Assembly: GCA_004297625.1 (NCBI GenBank)
Contig: SCTY01000010.1
Coordinates: 74,324 to 138,323, forward strand
Length of the DNA: 64,000 bases
Direction: 5' to 3'
Source: Betaproteobacteria bacterium
GTDB lineage: Bacteria > Pseudomonadota > Gammaproteobacteria > Burkholderiales > SG8-39
The translations under genes and the position numbers were made by a program. Shown here piece by piece: positions 62,557-64,000 of this stretch (positions are counted from its first letter, which is position 1; each line of letters opens with the position of its first letter). The notes beneath the pieces are model-generated. The model made no database searches. It had not been told where the DNA came from and saw nothing but the letters and a program-made list of their open reading frames with translations.

Positions 62557-63552
62557 ATGGAGAAGTTCAAGGCTTTCAAGCTCACCGAAGTAGAGAAAAA
62601 GATCCGCGCAGAGTTCGTGGAGGTCACCCTCGACGATCTCGATCCCGGCGACGTGGTCCTGCGCGTCGCCTACTCGAGCGTCAACTACAAGGACGCGCTC
62701 GCCGCCACCGGCAAGGGGAAGATCCTGCGCAGAGCGTCGTGCATAGGCGGTATCGACTTTTCCGGGACCGTGCTTTCGTCGACCGATCCGCGTTTCGCCA
62801 AGGGCGATGCCGTACTTACGGTCGGTGGCGAGTATGTCGGGGTCTCTCACGACGGCGGCTACGCGGCCTACGCGCGGGTGCCGGGCGATTACATCACCAA
62901 GGTGCCGCCGGGCATGTCGCTGTGGGAAGCGATGGCGTTCGGCACCGCCGGCTACACCGCCGGGATCGCCATGGTGCGCATGGAGCACGAAGGCTTGAAG
63001 CCCGCCAATGGCCCGGTGATCGTGAGCGGCGCCACCGGAGGCGTGGGGTCCATCGCGGTATCCATCCTCGCCCGGCTCGGCTACCACGTCGTTGCGCTGA
63101 CCGGGAAGGAGAGCGAGTCGGACTGGCTCAAAAAGCTGGGCGCGAAGGAGATTCTGCTGCGGCAAAGCCTGAACCTCGAGAAGATCAAGCCGCTCGACAA
63201 GGCGATGTGGGCCGGTGCAGTCGACAACCTGGGCGGCCCGGTGCTCGCATGGATGGCGAGCACGATGAAGGAGAACGGCGTCATCGCATCCATCGGGCTT
63301 GCCGCAAGCCCGCAGCTGAACACCTGGGTGATGCCCTTCATCCTGCGGGGCGCGCGGCTGCTCGGCATCAATTCGGGCGACGGCTCCGCCGATGTCCGGG
63401 AGACCGTATGGCGGCGCCTGGCGAGCGACATGAAGCCGCCGCTGCTCAAGGAAATGTGCCGCACGATCCCGCTGCGCGAGCTGCCCGGCGTGTTCGATGA
63501 TTACATCAACGCGAAGGTGACCCGCAGAACCGTCGTGGATCTCAGCGAATGA
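62557..63552 (+). CDS. AcuI/YhdH-family MDR oxidoreductase (acryloyl-CoA reductase-like)
   Basis: [31 protein letters not shown] and MPFILRG. Start taken at ATG 62557. Confidence 0.88.
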   Translation: MEKFKAFKLTEVEKKIRAEFVEVTLDDLDPGDVVLRVAYSSVNYKDALAATGKGKILRRASCIGGIDFSGTVLSSTDPRFAKGDAVLTVGGEYVGVSHDGGYAAYARVPGDYITKVPPGMSLWEAMAFGTAGYTAGIAMVRMEHEGLKPANGPVIVSGATGGVGSIAVSILARLGYHVVALTGKESESDWLKKLGAKEILLRQSLNLEKIKPLDKAMWAGAVDNLGGPVLAWMASTMKENGVIASIGLAASPQLNTWVMPFILRGARLLGINSGDGSADVRETVWRRLASDMKPPLLKEMCRTIPLRELPGVFDDYINAKVTRRTVVDLSE

Positions 63553-64000
63553 CCACCTACCGCGAATTTCACAAGCGCTCGATCGAGGACCGCGAGGGTT
63601 TCTGGGGCGAGGAAGCGAAGCTCGTGCACTGGCACAAGCCTTTCCAGCGCGTGCTCGATTACTCGAGGCCGCCGTTCGCGCGCTGGTTCGTCGGCGGCGA
63701 GACCAACCTCTGCTACAACGCGATCGACCGGCACTTGGCGGCGCGCGGCGACCAGAAGGCGCTGATCTGGATCTCGACCGAGGTCGATCAGAGCAAGAGC
63801 TTCACCTTCAGAGAGCTTTTCTTCGAGGTGAACCGGGTCGCCGCGATGATGGCCTCGCTCGGCGTCAAGCGCGGCGACCGCGTCGTCATCTACATGCCGA
63901 TGATCCCGGAGGCTGCGTTCGCGATCCTCGCCTGCGCGCGCATCGGCGCGATCCACTCGGTGGTGTTCGGCGGCTTTGCCGCCGCGAGCCTCGCTGCGCG
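63549..64000 (+). CDS. prpE: Propionate-CoA ligase (3' end outside window)
   Basis: Manual translation: MTTYREFHKRSIEDREGFW...LDYSRPPFARWFVGGETNLCYNAIDRHL...YMPMIPEA...HSVVFGGFAA. Confidence 0.88.
   Translation, partial: MTTYREFHKRSIEDREGFWGEEAKLVHWHKPFQRVLDYSRPPFARWFVGGETNLCYNAIDRHLAARGDQKALIWISTEVDQSKSFTFRELFFEVNRVAAMMASLGVKRGDRVVIYMPMIPEAAFAILACARIGAIHSVVFGGFAAASLAA

Overview
GC-rich bacterial chromosomal window, most likely a betaproteobacterium (inferred from the Bug/TctC protein, DUF3460 and the sdhCDAB-sdhE-gltA-sucAB-lpdA-zapE order). It has three zones. (1) 1-20.1 kb is mixed accessory redox and transport genes: OYE-type flavin oxidoreductase, fused indolepyruvate:ferredoxin oxidoreductase, an NTT/TLC-like transporter coupled to two Tat-signal NAD(P)-oxidoreductases, HiPIP, an eroded pirin, a TRAP system and dusA. 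(2) 20.2-38.5 kb is an ~18 kb catabolic island containing an IclR regulator: PrpD-like, two CaiB, LeuCD-like, enolase-family, CoA ligases, TcuA-like, Bug, AcuI, CitE-like, thiolase and a split B12 acyl-CoA mutase. Many of these enzymes carry non-canonical active-site motifs, and a 17-bp palindromic box is shared by its two divergent gene junctions. (3) 38.6-64 kb is housekeeping genes plus a merged TCA/2-methylcitrate supercluster ending in prpE. The best candidates for something undescribed are the island with its atypical B12 mutase, recurrent short AT-rich synonymous codon patches inside conserved GC-rich genes, and the NTT-like transporter with Tat-exported NAD(P)-enzymes. No tRNA, rRNA, CRISPR array, integrase or transposase was recognised. 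All family calls come from motif recognition by eye; no database searches were run.
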